From an uncultured delta proteobacterium (GTDB taxonomy: Bacteria; Desulfobacterota; BSN033; UBA1163), in assembly GCA_963708295.1 (NCBI GenBank), contig CAVPSJ010000005.1:32001-96000 (forward strand): a stretch of 64,000 nucleotides of DNA. The letters run 5' to 3'. The notes beneath the pieces were generated by a model. The model did not search any database. It had not been told where the DNA came from and was given only the letters and a program-made list of their open reading frames with translations. The translations under genes and the position numbers were made by a program. Below, in pieces: positions 63,804 through 64,000 of this stretch (positions are counted from its first letter, which is position 1; each line of letters starts with the position of its first letter).

Positions 63804-64000
63804 ATGCGCAGAGGATTTGTCATCAGAATTTTCGGACTCAGCTTAGGGATCTTCCTCTTTTTCGTCCAATCCGTTGCAGGGGCAGAAAAGGGTTCCCTGA
63901 TCAAACTGGGCACTCTGGCTCCCGAGGGAAGCGCCTGGATGAAGACCTTCAACGCCATCAACACGGAGGTTATGAAAAAGACGGAGAATAGAGTCCAGTT
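63804..64000 (+). CDS. dctP: TRAP substrate-binding protein DctP (TatP), truncated by the window end
   Basis: Hand translation: signal peptide then IKLGTLAPEGSAWMK; AGGAG RBS. Confidence 0.82.
   Translation, partial: MRRGFVIRIFGLSLGIFLFFVQSVAGAEKGSLIKLGTLAPEGSAWMKTFNAINTEVMKKTENRVQ

Overview
A 64-kb chromosomal segment from an anaerobic bacterium, probably Desulfobacterota/deltaproteobacteria-like (inferred from the RpoB/RpoC, EF-Tu and gene-content style). It holds the core tRNA-Tyr/Gly/Thr-tuf-rpmG-tRNA-Trp-secE-nusG-rplKAJL-rpoBC cluster, groES/groEL, tolB-pal-cpoB, uvrB, a ydhYVW-like aldehyde:ferredoxin oxidoreductase module, a DUF362/polyferredoxin module, an octaheme cytochrome c, two ABC systems, fabF, a threonine synthase, a GAF histidine kinase and the start of a TRAP (TatT/DctP) operon. 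Top finding: RNA polymerase beta (RpoB) carries a ~90-aa in-frame insertion (29611-29880). It is a diverged copy of domain II of ribosomal protein uL1, with 41 identities in 91 columns by hand against the rplA gene 3 kb away. Other candidates are a two-copy structured RNA-like element with different but pairing closing stems (39.1 kb and 60.8 kb), an acyl-CoA ligase fused to an ABC permease, a probable C-terminal CGG-Sec zinc-ribbon selenoprotein, two sigma54-type-promoter small 'ERRK' paralogs, and many short-period palindromic intergenic elements. Three genes (ydhW-like, uvrB, an esterase) are split by single extra bases, which may be sequencing errors. All assignments come from reading the sequence and recognising motifs; no searches were run.
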